Source of the DNA: a virus
Length of the DNA stretch: 64,000 nucleotides
IMG/VR virus record: IMGVR_UViG_3300046171_000225
Location: 32,001-96,000 of that record
Reading direction: 5' to 3' (one strand)
The notes under the pieces are model-generated. The model was not told the origin of the DNA and made no database searches. It saw only the letters and a list, made by a program, of their open reading frames with translations. Below are positions 9,558 to 19,626 of the stretch, piece by piece; the stretch's first letter is position 1, and every line of letters begins with the position of its first letter. Both the position numbers and the translations under genes were made by a program.

Positions 9558-10880
9558 ATGGCTCTTCCAACCTTCACCCCTAAAAGCAACTCAAGCAAGG
9601 TAATACTTCCTTCCACAGGAAGTACGATTGTTACGGCAGATGGTGCCGGTAATGCTTCTAATTATCCTCTTGGCATTTATACTACCGGAGGTGATCTCTT
9701 TGACGAAAACTTTGTTTCTGGAGCTGCGGACCAAGTTGCTTTCGTATTTAAAAAGCTTGGTGGTGATGTTCTTGATATTGAAATAACACCAGCGAATGTT
9801 TACTCTGCCTACGAAGAAGCAGTTTTAGAATATTCTTATCAGATCAATTTACATCAGTCAAAGAACGCGCTTCCTAATGTACTAGGCCAAGCAACAGCTT
9901 CGTTTGACCATGACGGACAGATGACTGGTGGAGATGCCAGCGCAAGCTATGGTTCTAAAGTTAATCTTAAATACCCAAGGTTCCGTTTTGACTATGCTAG
10001 AAAAGTTGGAGATGGTGTTTCGGAGTACGCTGGATTTGGAGGTAGTCTTACCGAGTATTCTGCTTCGTTCAATACTACAGCCAGTCTTTCAACTTATGAT
10101 TTACAAACGATTATATCGGGGGCGTCAGCTACTGGTCTTGATCAAGGGACGGGCGACCCTGTAGATTTCAGTGGTCTAGTGGGAAATAATAAAGTTCGTA
10201 TTACTAGAGTTTATTACAAGACACCTTTGGCCATGTGGAGATTTTTTGGCTACTACGGCGGTATTAATGTTATTGGAAACATGATGACTTATGGTCAATT
10301 TGCCGATGACTCTACGTTTGAGATCATCCCAGCTTGGCAAAACAAGATGCAGGCTATGGCATACGAAGATCATATTTACACTAGAGTGTCGCATTACTCA
10401 TATGAGGTCATCAACAATAAGCTTACCCTTTATCCTCCACCTAGCAACACTAGTCCGGATAGATTCTTTGTCAAGTTCACTGTTGAGAGAAATGCGTGGG
10501 AAGAGGATGGCGATATTGATTCTGGCATTGCTGGCATTAATAATATCAACTCTTTGCCTTTTGATAATATTGCTTATTCGAGCATCAACGCCATTGGCAA
10601 ACATTGGATCAGAAGATATGCTTTAGCTCTGTGCAAAGAAATGCTAGGACAGATCAGAGGTAAGTTTGGAGGAGCAGTCCCTATTCCTGGTGACAATGTT
10701 ACTCTTAATGCTGGTGCTCTTCTATCGCAAGCAGCCGCAGAGAAAACTTCTTTGATTGATGAAATTAAGAAGATTCTAGATGAAACAACTTATCTGCAGT
10801 TGGCGAAGAACGACGCAGAGATCATGGAAGCAGCCAGTAACGTCAATAAGAAAGTTCCTTCACCCATATTTGTAGGATAA
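9558..10880 (+). CDS. Neck/head-tail connector protein (gp13-like)
   Basis: KKLGGDVLDIEI, WIRRYALALCKEMLGQIRGKF and C-terminal IFVG; position in module. Confidence 0.75.
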   Translation: MALPTFTPKSNSSKVILPSTGSTIVTADGAGNASNYPLGIYTTGGDLFDENFVSGAADQVAFVFKKLGGDVLDIEITPANVYSAYEEAVLEYSYQINLHQSKNALPNVLGQATASFDHDGQMTGGDASASYGSKVNLKYPRFRFDYARKVGDGVSEYAGFGGSLTEYSASFNTTASLSTYDLQTIISGASATGLDQGTGDPVDFSGLVGNNKVRITRVYYKTPLAMWRFFGYYGGINVIGNMMTYGQFADDSTFEIIPAWQNKMQAMAYEDHIYTRVSHYSYEVINNKLTLYPPPSNTSPDRFFVKFTVERNAWEEDGDIDSGIAGINNINSLPFDNIAYSSINAIGKHWIRRYALALCKEMLGQIRGKFGGAVPIPGDNVTLNAGALLSQAAAEKTSLIDEIKKILDETTYLQLAKNDAEIMEAASNVNKKVPSPIFVG

Positions 10881-10884
10881 CTAA

Positions 10885-11373
10885 ATGGCTAAAAAGTGGA
10901 CACAACCTGATGCCCCTCCTCCTCCTCTCTTCACAGGAGCCAAGGAGCGTGACCTTGTCAAACAAATAAATGACGAAATCATTGAGAGAGTTGTAGGACA
11001 AACAATTGGGTACTATCCGATTGATTTAGAGGCAACTAAGTTTCATGATTTATATGGTGAAGCAATACAAAAAACTTTCTTACCACCTGTAGCAGTCAAA
11101 GCTTTGGTTGAGTTTGGCGGGCTAACAACAGAATATTCTAAGAACATTGGTTTGGACAAGACACAGAGCATTACTGTTCACTTCCATAAAAGAAGACTGA
11201 CAGAAGATCAAAATCTTTTTGTTCGAGAAGGAGACTTTGTTTTGTACGGTGATTCTTTTTATGAGATCGTTACGCTGTCTGAGCCGAAGCTGCTCTACGG
11301 ACAGATCGATCATAAGTTAGAAATTTCAGCTAAATGCATAAGAGCAAGAGAGGGACTATTCGATGGCACCTGA
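10885..11373 (+). CDS. Neck/head-closure protein (gp14-like)
   Basis: DLYGEA and EGDFVLY...YEI motifs; synteny. Confidence 0.7.
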   Translation: MAKKWTQPDAPPPPLFTGAKERDLVKQINDEIIERVVGQTIGYYPIDLEATKFHDLYGEAIQKTFLPPVAVKALVEFGGLTTEYSKNIGLDKTQSITVHFHKRRLTEDQNLFVREGDFVLYGDSFYEIVTLSEPKLLYGQIDHKLEISAKCIRAREGLFDGT

Positions 11374-12274
11374 TAGGAAGTACACCAGAATACCAAACGC
11401 TGATAGCCTGCTGAAAGACGTCTCTTTTATGCCATCCACCGTAGAGACGATTGATAGGGCTATGTTTAGGTTTGTTGATGAAGATCTAAATCTTTTTACC
11501 ACAACAAACAAAGGGTCAGAAAAGGTGCCAGTTCTATGGGTCTCAGCTGAGAGGTCTTTTCAGATCAAGAGGGATAAGGGACTAAGAGACTCTAACGGAG
11601 TTCTGAAGCTCCCCATTATAACTGTCGAAAGAAAGAGTATGGAGAAAGATCCTAATTTCAAGGGAGTTGCGTGGTCACATATTCCAGAATTTAACGATGA
11701 AAAAGGCGGTGCTCTTGTTGTTGCGAGAAGAATAAACCAAGAGAAAACATCAAATTTTATAAATGCAGACTCCGCAAAACTAAGAGGATCAATGACGGAT
11801 CCAAATGTAGGTACAGGCCAACAAAACTTTCCATCTTCAGCAACAGCCAAAGTTGTTTACGAAACAATCTCTATCCCTGTACCGACATATGTTGCGGTAA
11901 ACTACGACATAACTATTAGAACCGAGTATCAGCAGCAGATAAATGATCTTATTACACCCTTCATCACTAGAACAGGTCAAGTAAGAGCAATTGACCTAAA
12001 ACACGAAGGCCATAAGTACGAAGCCTTTATTGGTGGCAATTTTACTCAAGCAAGTAACGTAGCGCAGATGAATGATCAAGAAAGAATGTATGAAACTTCT
12101 GTCTCCGTTAAAGTACTGGGCTACTTAATAGGCGAGGGTCCGAATAGGGAGCGTCCAAAGTTAACAGTCAGAGAGAACGCTGTCGAAGTAAAAATCCCTA
12201 GAGAAAGAGTAATTGTTGGCGACATACCGGACTTTGACGCGACAATGTCTATTCCATTGTTTTATAAAGAGTAA
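11363..12274 (+). CDS. Tail terminator/sheath stabilizer (gp15-like)
   Basis: KVPVLW, LKLPIITV and YDITIRT motifs; located between neck and sheath genes. Confidence 0.65.
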   Translation: MAPDRKYTRIPNADSLLKDVSFMPSTVETIDRAMFRFVDEDLNLFTTTNKGSEKVPVLWVSAERSFQIKRDKGLRDSNGVLKLPIITVERKSMEKDPNFKGVAWSHIPEFNDEKGGALVVARRINQEKTSNFINADSAKLRGSMTDPNVGTGQQNFPSSATAKVVYETISIPVPTYVAVNYDITIRTEYQQQINDLITPFITRTGQVRAIDLKHEGHKYEAFIGGNFTQASNVAQMNDQERMYETSVSVKVLGYLIGEGPNRERPKLTVRENAVEVKIPRERVIVGDIPDFDATMSIPLFYKE

Positions 12275-12341
12275 TTTAGGGCTTTGGGCTTTTAAAATAC
12301 TATTTATTACGTGAATATATCTATTTAGGAGATCATACCCT

Positions 12342-15266
12342 ATGGCTGAAAAAAAGTTTAGATTTGTGTCACCAGGAATTTTTATTAACGAGGTTGATAA
12401 CTCACAACTTCCAAACGATTTACCTGATGTTGGACCTATCATCATCGGACGAGCAGAGTACGGCCCTGCGATGCGTCCAATCAGAATTAACTCACCTTCA
12501 GAGTTCGTTGAATTCTACGGTAACCCAATTGCCGGTGGTCGTGGCGATGACGTTTGGAGAGATGGAAACTATGTAGGCCCTACATACGGTGCTTACGCAG
12601 CTATGGCTTACCTCAGAGCAGGTGTTGGTCCTGTAAACTACGTTAGACTATTGGGTGCTGATACTGCAACTGCAACTGGCAACGGACAAGCAGGTTGGGG
12701 CACTGGTGGCGGAGCCTCTAATGAGATGGCTACTAATAAAACAGCACTAGGGCTCTTCTTATTCAACTCTTCCTCAGCTACCATGTACGATAATGATATT
12801 GGCACTGGTAATCTGGCTGCTGTATTTTACACTAATGGAGCTACTGTTGGCCTTGTTGGAAAGAATGGAGGTACCGCTTCCGACGAAGGCGTATTAGGTC
12901 TCATCGAATCTTCCGGTGATGGCCTAGAATTCACCGCAGCTGTGTCAGGGAGTGACAATACCCAATATAAGACGTCATTTAACTTTGATAGAAACTCTTC
13001 CAAGTACATTAGAAAAGTTTTTAATACCAATCCGCAATTGGTGCAAAGTGGGAGAGGAGCAACTCACACAAAAGCTTCTGACATTAGAAACTTAGCTGAT
13101 AAGTATTTCCTTGGAGAAACTTTTGAGAGATTTGCAACTTTAAGCACTACCGAAGGCGGTAATATCGCCAACACTAGTGCTGGTAAAGTGTATGGAATAA
13201 TCGTTCCTCTCGGCAAGACAACTTCTGAGGCTGATAACTTCGGATACAAGAGAAGAGGATTTGAAGACGGTCAAACAGGATTTGTTTTTTCACAAGATAC
13301 CTCAACTACTTCCACTGGGTTTGACGCAGTGAGTAGAACTCAACCCCTCTTCAAGATAAAAGCGCTTAATCATGCTGAGTGGGCCTCAAAGAATCTTAAG
13401 GTGTCTATCTCTGACATTAGAGCTGCTAGGAATGATATTGATGGATACGGCACCTTCACTGTTGAAGTTAGAATGGCAGGCGATAGCGATAATGTCCCAG
13501 AGATAATCGAACAATTCACCGGTTGTAACTTGAACCCTGCGTCAGAAGACTACATTGCTAAGAAAATTGGTGATAAGTACCTAGAGTGGAGAGAGTCAGA
13601 GCGTAGGCTAGTTCAGAGAGGCGAGTTTAATAACCAGTCTAAATACGTTTATATAGAAATGAATCAGCTAGTTGCTGATGGTTTGGCACCTCAGTCCTTG
13701 GTACCATTTGGCTTCTTCGGCCCAGTTAAGCCTAAGAACTTCTCTGTCTTCTCTGGAAGTGTTCACACATTCTTGAGTGGTGCTGGAGTTAACACGACAA
13801 GTACAAAAATAACGACTTTTGCGACCGGCACTTTTGCAGTGACAGGCGGATATGGAGTTTCTTCACCAGCAGTTGGTGGTGCGTTCATGCAGCAGATCGC
13901 AGACGGGTCAGGAAATGAGTTTACTGCTTCATTTGCATTCCCAAGTCTTTCTCTTCGCGAAAAGGCTTCTGATGGTGGAATGTCAGATCCAACAAGAGCA
14001 TATTTTGGTATTCAGACAACAATTACAAAAGACTCAATTAGATTTGACCCTGGATACGCTGATTATGTAAGAGGTGCTCCTGGCTCCGCTGGCGTCTTCA
14101 CTACTGGCTCTTCCTTCGAGTACTCATTCGTGTTTACTCTTGATGATGTTAAGAGCGGCGGTGAGTATGTCTCAGGCTCCAGATTGGCAGGAACTTCTAT
14201 CTCAGCCGTTAATAGCTCCCATAAGAACACTCTTGATAGCGGCTACAACAGATTCACAATGCCACTATGGGGTGGTCACGATGGTGTTGATATCAGTGAG
14301 CAGGAGCCATTTAACAATGTGGCTATCGGTAGCACTGCTAATCAAGATACAAGCTATGCTTACAACACTGTTAAGAGAGCAATTGATACCGTTGCAGACC
14401 CAGAGTTTGTAGAGGCTAACATTCTTTCTGTTCCAGGCGTAACACAGCCTATTGTTACAGATCATGTTCTTTCAGTTGCTGAAGGTCGAGCAGACTGTCT
14501 AGCAGTTATCGACATTCAGAATGTTTACGACCCTTCAACAGAGTCTACAAATACTTTTGCAGATAGAGTTGGATCAGTTTCAAGTGCCGTCTCCTCTCTA
14601 GAGCAGAGAAGAATTAACTCAAGCTACGGCTGTACATTCTACCCATGGGTTAGAATTAGAGACGACATTTCTAATGCTTCACTTTGGGTACCTCCTTCAG
14701 TCATCGCGATTGGTACATTTGCTTCCTCCGAGGCAAGAGCAGAGCTATGGTTTGCTCCAGCTGGATTCACAAGAGGTGGCTTGAGCACTGGAGCGGGTGG
14801 CTTCCCTGTACTCTCCACAACAGAGAGATTGAGAAGAGAAGACAGAGATGATCTATACGAAGTCAATGTCAACCCAATTGCTACATTCCCATCAGAGGGT
14901 ATCGTGGTCTTTGGCCAGAAGACACTTCAGGTAACTCCTTCTGCTCTTGACAGAATCAATGTTCGTAGACTTCTCATCTTCCTCAAGAAGAGAATTTCAA
15001 GAATCGCTGCATCGATCTTGTTCGACCAGAATGTTAGAACAACTTGGACTAGATTCAAGGCTGAGGCTGACAAGTTCCTCGGCTCTGTCCAAGCAAGACT
15101 CGGCCTTTCAGAGTTCAGAGTTCTTCTTGACGAGACAACTACAACACCAGATTTAGTAGATAGAAACATTTTGTACGCTAAGATTTTCCTCAAGCCTGCA
15201 AGATCTATTGAGTTCATCGCAATTGACTTTGTCATCACAAGGTCTGGTGCTTCTTTTGACGACTAA
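12342..15266 (+). CDS. Contractile tail sheath protein (gp18-like)
   Basis: N-terminal SPGIFINEVD; C-terminal WFAPAGFTRG, NVNPIATFP, FGQKTLQ and LDRINVRRL. Confidence 0.95.
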   Translation: MAEKKFRFVSPGIFINEVDNSQLPNDLPDVGPIIIGRAEYGPAMRPIRINSPSEFVEFYGNPIAGGRGDDVWRDGNYVGPTYGAYAAMAYLRAGVGPVNYVRLLGADTATATGNGQAGWGTGGGASNEMATNKTALGLFLFNSSSATMYDNDIGTGNLAAVFYTNGATVGLVGKNGGTASDEGVLGLIESSGDGLEFTAAVSGSDNTQYKTSFNFDRNSSKYIRKVFNTNPQLVQSGRGATHTKASDIRNLADKYFLGETFERFATLSTTEGGNIANTSAGKVYGIIVPLGKTTSEADNFGYKRRGFEDGQTGFVFSQDTSTTSTGFDAVSRTQPLFKIKALNHAEWASKNLKVSISDIRAARNDIDGYGTFTVEVRMAGDSDNVPEIIEQFTGCNLNPASEDYIAKKIGDKYLEWRESERRLVQRGEFNNQSKYVYIEMNQLVADGLAPQSLVPFGFFGPVKPKNFSVFSGSVHTFLSGAGVNTTSTKITTFATGTFAVTGGYGVSSPAVGGAFMQQIADGSGNEFTASFAFPSLSLREKASDGGMSDPTRAYFGIQTTITKDSIRFDPGYADYVRGAPGSAGVFTTGSSFEYSFVFTLDDVKSGGEYVSGSRLAGTSISAVNSSHKNTLDSGYNRFTMPLWGGHDGVDISEQEPFNNVAIGSTANQDTSYAYNTVKRAIDTVADPEFVEANILSVPGVTQPIVTDHVLSVAEGRADCLAVIDIQNVYDPSTESTNTFADRVGSVSSAVSSLEQRRINSSYGCTFYPWVRIRDDISNASLWVPPSVIAIGTFASSEARAELWFAPAGFTRGGLSTGAGGFPVLSTTERLRREDRDDLYEVNVNPIATFPSEGIVVFGQKTLQVTPSALDRINVRRLLIFLKKRISRIAASILFDQNVRTTWTRFKAEADKFLGSVQARLGLSEFRVLLDETTTTPDLVDRNILYAKIFLKPARSIEFIAIDFVITRSGASFDD

Positions 15267-15312
15267 AAATAAATTTTAAACTAATTACATTAGATAAGGG
15301 AGACAACAACTC

Positions 15313-15899
15313 ATGGCATCAGGTTTCTGGACATCCACAGATGTTTCACCAAAAAGAAAGTTTAGGTTTTTGCTTACCATTGGTAACATGCCTAATGGAG
15401 CTACGTGGTACACGAAAAGTGTTAACAAGCCAAAAGTGAGCATTAACTCTGTCGATCACAAGTTTTTGAACCACACTTTCAAATACCCTGGAAGTGTGAC
15501 TTGGAACGACATTACAGTTACTCTTGTCGACCCAGTTAGCCCTGATGCTGCTGCAAACCTCTCTAGAATTATACGAGAGTCGGGTTACCGCCCTCCTGTG
15601 GACGTTAACGATACTACTACAATATCTAAAAAGAACGCTGTAGAGGCTCTTGGTGCTGTTGTTATCACCCAGATTGACTCTGAGGGTGAGCCAGTCGAGA
15701 CATGGACACTTAACAATGCTTTCATTCTAGATGTCAACTATGGAGGCGATCTTGGCATACGGCTCAGATGATCTGACTGACGTCACAATCATATTCAAAT
15801 ACGATTGGGCTTCTATTGAGACAGCTAATCGCATCTGAGGCTGGCCCACTCCTTGGTGAGGCTTCCAGCAGATACTGGATGCCTGGACAGTCAAGCTAA
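15313..15899 (+). CDS. Tail tube protein (gp19-like), apparently frameshifted near 15754 and possibly near 15830
   Basis: PKRKFRF, KYPGSVTWNDITVTLVDP and ETWTL motifs. The expected C-terminus (AYGSDDLTDVTIIFKYDWA) lies in the +1 frame from 15755. Confidence 0.8.
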
Positions 15900-15915
15900 T
15901 TAGAAGAGGTGTTTT

Positions 15916-16740
15916 TTGACTAGAAGAAATAACCGGGCTAGGACAAGCTCTCCTGCCCCATTCGTGGCCGATGCTGGCCCGAAGCCACAGATAGACATGG
16001 CAAATCCCACAGAGTTTGTGGCTTTGCCTACCGGTGGCAAACTATATCCTCCTGGCCATCCTTTCTATCTGAGAGAGGAAGTAGAAATAAGATTCATGAC
16101 AGCAAAGCATGAAGACATTCTTTCTTCACAGGCACTCATTACAAGAGGAGTGGTACTTGACAGGCTCTTAGAGGCCCTTCTGGTCGATGATGTCGATGTC
16201 GATACCCTCTTGACTGGGGACAGAAATGCCATCTTCCTAGCGGCTAGAATCACGGCCTATGGCTCTGAATATCCTACTATCATAACATGCCCCTCATGTG
16301 GTGCAAAGAATGAATCTGAAGTAGATTTAAATACTTTTACACTTAGAGAGATACCAGAAGATATCCGACTCACAGAGAACGGAACATTCCTTGTAAAGCT
16401 ACCAAGATCTGGTAGAGAGCTAGAGATCAAGTGTTTGAGTATGAGAGAGCAAGAATACTTAACTAAGAATGCAGAAGCAAGAAGAAAGAATAATTTACCA
16501 GAAACTGCTAGAACTGACTTTTTGAAAATGGTTGTTGTTTCTATTGATGGAGAAACAAGTAAAACTATGATCAACTCTTTTATTAATGGACTACCAGCCG
16601 GTGACTCCTTACATCTAAGAAAAGTATACTCCTCCGTATCTCCTGACATAGACACAAAGCAAGATTACGAATGCCCCTCTTGCGGCACTACAACGGCTCT
16701 TGAGGTGCCGTTGGGTCTTAGCTTTTTTTGGCCTGTCTAA
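15916..16740 (+). CDS. Baseplate hub assembly/tail chaperone (gp26-like)
   Basis: LPTGGKLY, MTAKHEDIL, ARITAYG, two CPSCG motifs, ends FFWPV. Confidence 0.7.
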   Translation: MTRRNNRARTSSPAPFVADAGPKPQIDMANPTEFVALPTGGKLYPPGHPFYLREEVEIRFMTAKHEDILSSQALITRGVVLDRLLEALLVDDVDVDTLLTGDRNAIFLAARITAYGSEYPTIITCPSCGAKNESEVDLNTFTLREIPEDIRLTENGTFLVKLPRSGRELEIKCLSMREQEYLTKNAEARRKNNLPETARTDFLKMVVVSIDGETSKTMINSFINGLPAGDSLHLRKVYSSVSPDIDTKQDYECPSCGTTTALEVPLGLSFFWPV

Positions 16741-16906
16741 TAATTACATAGAGCAAGTCTATGAGCAGTTTTTCTTCCTGTCTTACCATGGAGGATGGTC
16801 TTTCATGGAAGCCTATAATCTCCCTATCCCGATCCGAGATTGGTTTGTTAAGCGACTTATAAAGCAAAAGAAGCAAGAAATGCCCCAGGATAAACAAGAA
16901 GCATAA
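16721..16906 (+). CDS. gp51-like small tail assembly ORF, probably reached by frameshift from the upstream gene
   Basis: YEQFFFLSYHGGWSFMEAYNLPIPIRDWFV; no credible start of its own; overlaps the upstream gene across a T7 run. Confidence 0.55.
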   Translation, partial: AFFGLSNNYIEQVYEQFFFLSYHGGWSFMEAYNLPIPIRDWFVKRLIKQKKQEMPQDKQEA

Positions 16907-16948
16907 TATTGTATTCTATACTATTTATAGTGATGGGGGCGTCTTAAT

Positions 16949-18481
16949 ATGATAGAACAAGTTCTGATAGATCAAGTTAAAGAGGCAATAAAAGACGGCT
17001 TCGCAGAGGTTGCAAGGTCTAACCCTGATGCCGTCCGAAAAGTCGTGGGAGGAGTGCAAGATGCTCAAGACCTAATTGATAATCTTAAACCTGAACTGTT
17101 AGAGCAAAACTTAAACCTTTTTAAGGGTCTGGGTACAGGTGCAGTCGAACTAACTGAAGGTATGTTGGGGTTATCGGTTGCCAGTAAAGCGCTGAGTACG
17201 GATCTTAATGCTTTGTCAGATCCATTTTTTGCAGTGGGGCAACAAGCAAAGGAAGCAGCAATACAATTTAATGCTGCTACTGGTTTTGGTGGTGAGTTTG
17301 ATGATGCTATTTTTTCTTTGAGAGAAAGCTTAAAAGGGTTTCCAGTCGATGCTCAGGATGTAAGTCAAGCAACCCAGCAACTATCTAAAGGGTTTACTGA
17401 CTTTACTCTTGGGGGGATTGGCCCAGCAGAAGAACGTATAGCAAAAACTGTAACTATACTTGGAAAGTTGGGCGCATCCATAGAAGACCAAACTACAATT
17501 GTTCAAGGCCTTAGAAAAGGTTTTTCTCAATCAGATGCTCAAATAGATATGTCTTTGAGAGAATTTGAAGCTCTGGCGGATACAATAAATGTAGATGTTG
17601 GGACAGTTATGTCCAACTTCGCAGCTCAAATTCCATTATTTGGAGCGTTTGGAGATAATGCAGTTAGTGCATTTAGAAGGCTGCAAATACAATCAAAAGG
17701 CACAGGATTGGAACTTAATAAGCTAGTTGGGATCAGTGAGAAGTTCACAACCTTTGAAGGGGCTACAGGTACAATTGGACAACTTAATCAATTACTTGGA
17801 GATATTGGGCTTTTGCCGACCGATCTTGTTGCAGCAGCAATGGAAGATCCTGCAGAAGCTGTGGCTCTGCTACAAGAAGCTCTTGGTGGCTTTGACGTAG
17901 AAAACCTTGGCGGAGGTATGAAGAGAGTTTTGGCAGACATCCTTGGTTTTGGAAATGATATCACAGGGTTTATCTCTTTTGCCAGAGGCAGCACTGATGC
18001 TCTTGAAGAACTGGGAATGCAAGCTGCTAAAACAGACACTGAGCTTCTTGACAGTATTAGGAAGGGCACTGATCCTGGGGCTATGGCGACAGCTATGGGA
18101 AGACTAGGGCTTTCTGTGGACGGCGTGGCAGAGCAAATATCAATACTTGAAGATGTAACTTTCGATAAAGCTATCACAGGAGCAGCGACACTCAGAGAAA
18201 CGATGGGAGCGATAAGTTTAGAGGCTGTAAAAACAAATGAAGCTGTACAAAAAATCTTACAGAAGGCAGGAAAAAATCCAATCACGACTCTGACAGACAA
18301 AGTAGATAGTCTTACGGGTGTTGATGTAAACGCACAGCTTACTCGAATCATAGAAGCAGAAAGAGAAGAGATGAAAAAAGCTCTTGTAGACTCTATTTCT
18401 AATATACAGGTCCATGTTTATCTAGACAGAAGCCAGTTGGCACAACAGATAGCCGCAGAATTTAGCACTGGAGGTATGTAG
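16949..18481 (+). CDS. Tape measure protein (putative)
   Basis: Ala/Gly/Leu-rich helical 510 aa after the chaperone genes; ACTATTTA at 16920. Confidence 0.65.
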   Translation: MIEQVLIDQVKEAIKDGFAEVARSNPDAVRKVVGGVQDAQDLIDNLKPELLEQNLNLFKGLGTGAVELTEGMLGLSVASKALSTDLNALSDPFFAVGQQAKEAAIQFNAATGFGGEFDDAIFSLRESLKGFPVDAQDVSQATQQLSKGFTDFTLGGIGPAEERIAKTVTILGKLGASIEDQTTIVQGLRKGFSQSDAQIDMSLREFEALADTINVDVGTVMSNFAAQIPLFGAFGDNAVSAFRRLQIQSKGTGLELNKLVGISEKFTTFEGATGTIGQLNQLLGDIGLLPTDLVAAAMEDPAEAVALLQEALGGFDVENLGGGMKRVLADILGFGNDITGFISFARGSTDALEELGMQAAKTDTELLDSIRKGTDPGAMATAMGRLGLSVDGVAEQISILEDVTFDKAITGAATLRETMGAISLEAVKTNEAVQKILQKAGKNPITTLTDKVDSLTGVDVNAQLTRIIEAEREEMKKALVDSISNIQVHVYLDRSQLAQQIAAEFSTGGM

Positions 18482-18483
18482 TA

Positions 18484-19290
18484 ATGGTTGCATTTAGCAC
18501 AGATCCATCTGATGTCCTAGAATCAAAAGGTCAAGTTTTAGAATTTTATCAAACTTTTTCTGGTGCTAATGTTGCTTTTAAGGCTTTTCTAAAGAATTAT
18601 TCTGAGACCTTTAACAGTGCTTGGACCCAGTCCCAAACACTTGGTCGTCCTGATCCCATTCAGACATTTCGTGGAACCAGCAGGTCGATACAACTTGGGT
18701 GGGTAGTCCCGGCCTTTGATCTACAAGACGCAGAAGCAAACTTAGTTAAAACTTCTACATTAGCTAGAATGTTATATCCCGAGTATTCTAAAATTGACAA
18801 CGCCTCAACTATGTCAAAAGGTCCATTAATAAAGATTAAATTTGCTAACTTAATCTTTGATGCCTCCAGAGGCCCAGCTGGAGATGTACGAACATCTGGT
18901 CTATTGGGAGTGATAACTTCTTATGCTTGGAACCCTATTATAGACGAGGGATTCTTTGACCCTGGAAAAAATCTTTTCCCCAAAGCTATTACACTTTCTA
19001 TAAACTTTAATGTCCTACATCAACATACTCTTGGTTGGGAAAAGGCAGAAGCCGTCCAGCTTTCGGAAAGAAGGAGAAACGGTAAGGAAAGAAAACGAGA
19101 TGTAAACAAAGTCAACGAAAGAAGAGAAGCGAATGCTTCAAACGCAGCGCCCGAATGGGGCTCAGATGCTGCTCTTTTCCCGTGGTCAGCAGGGTTGCAG
19201 AGAGCAAATACTATAATTGGCACAAACACTGTTGGCGATAACCCTACAATAGAACAAGCAAATGATGAAGTTTTAGGGGGAAATGACTAA
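18484..19290 (+). CDS. Baseplate/tube initiator protein
   Basis: FKAFL..YSETF..W....LGRPDPIQTF..TSRSI pattern; synteny. Confidence 0.6.
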   Translation: MVAFSTDPSDVLESKGQVLEFYQTFSGANVAFKAFLKNYSETFNSAWTQSQTLGRPDPIQTFRGTSRSIQLGWVVPAFDLQDAEANLVKTSTLARMLYPEYSKIDNASTMSKGPLIKIKFANLIFDASRGPAGDVRTSGLLGVITSYAWNPIIDEGFFDPGKNLFPKAITLSINFNVLHQHTLGWEKAEAVQLSERRRNGKERKRDVNKVNERREANASNAAPEWGSDAALFPWSAGLQRANTIIGTNTVGDNPTIEQANDEVLGGND

Positions 19291-19625
19291 TGTCTAGATA
19301 TTTTGGTAGAACTAAATTTTTTAACAACAAAAGAATGTATGAAGATACGTTCCAAGAACGTGGAGTAGAAGGCATTCAGCAGTATACAACACCAAACTTG
19401 AAGCACATAACAAAAGATCAAATTGCTTCTCTGACTGTCATAAGCCATGTTTGGAAAACAGGAGATAGGTTTTTTAAGCTTGCTCACGATCACTATGGCG
19501 ATTCTACTAAGTGGTGGGTGATAGCTTGGTACAACAGAACTCCAACTGAAAGTCACGTAAAATACGGTGATATAATCTATATACCACACCCTCTAGAACA
19601 AGTGTTAATATATCTAGGAGTTTAG
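19290..19625 (+). CDS. LysM-like baseplate wedge protein (gp53-like)
   Basis: GDRFFKLAHDHYGDSTKWWVIAWYN...IYIP. Confidence 0.75.
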   Translation: MSRYFGRTKFFNNKRMYEDTFQERGVEGIQQYTTPNLKHITKDQIASLTVISHVWKTGDRFFKLAHDHYGDSTKWWVIAWYNRTPTESHVKYGDIIYIPHPLEQVLIYLGV

Positions 19626-19626
19626 G

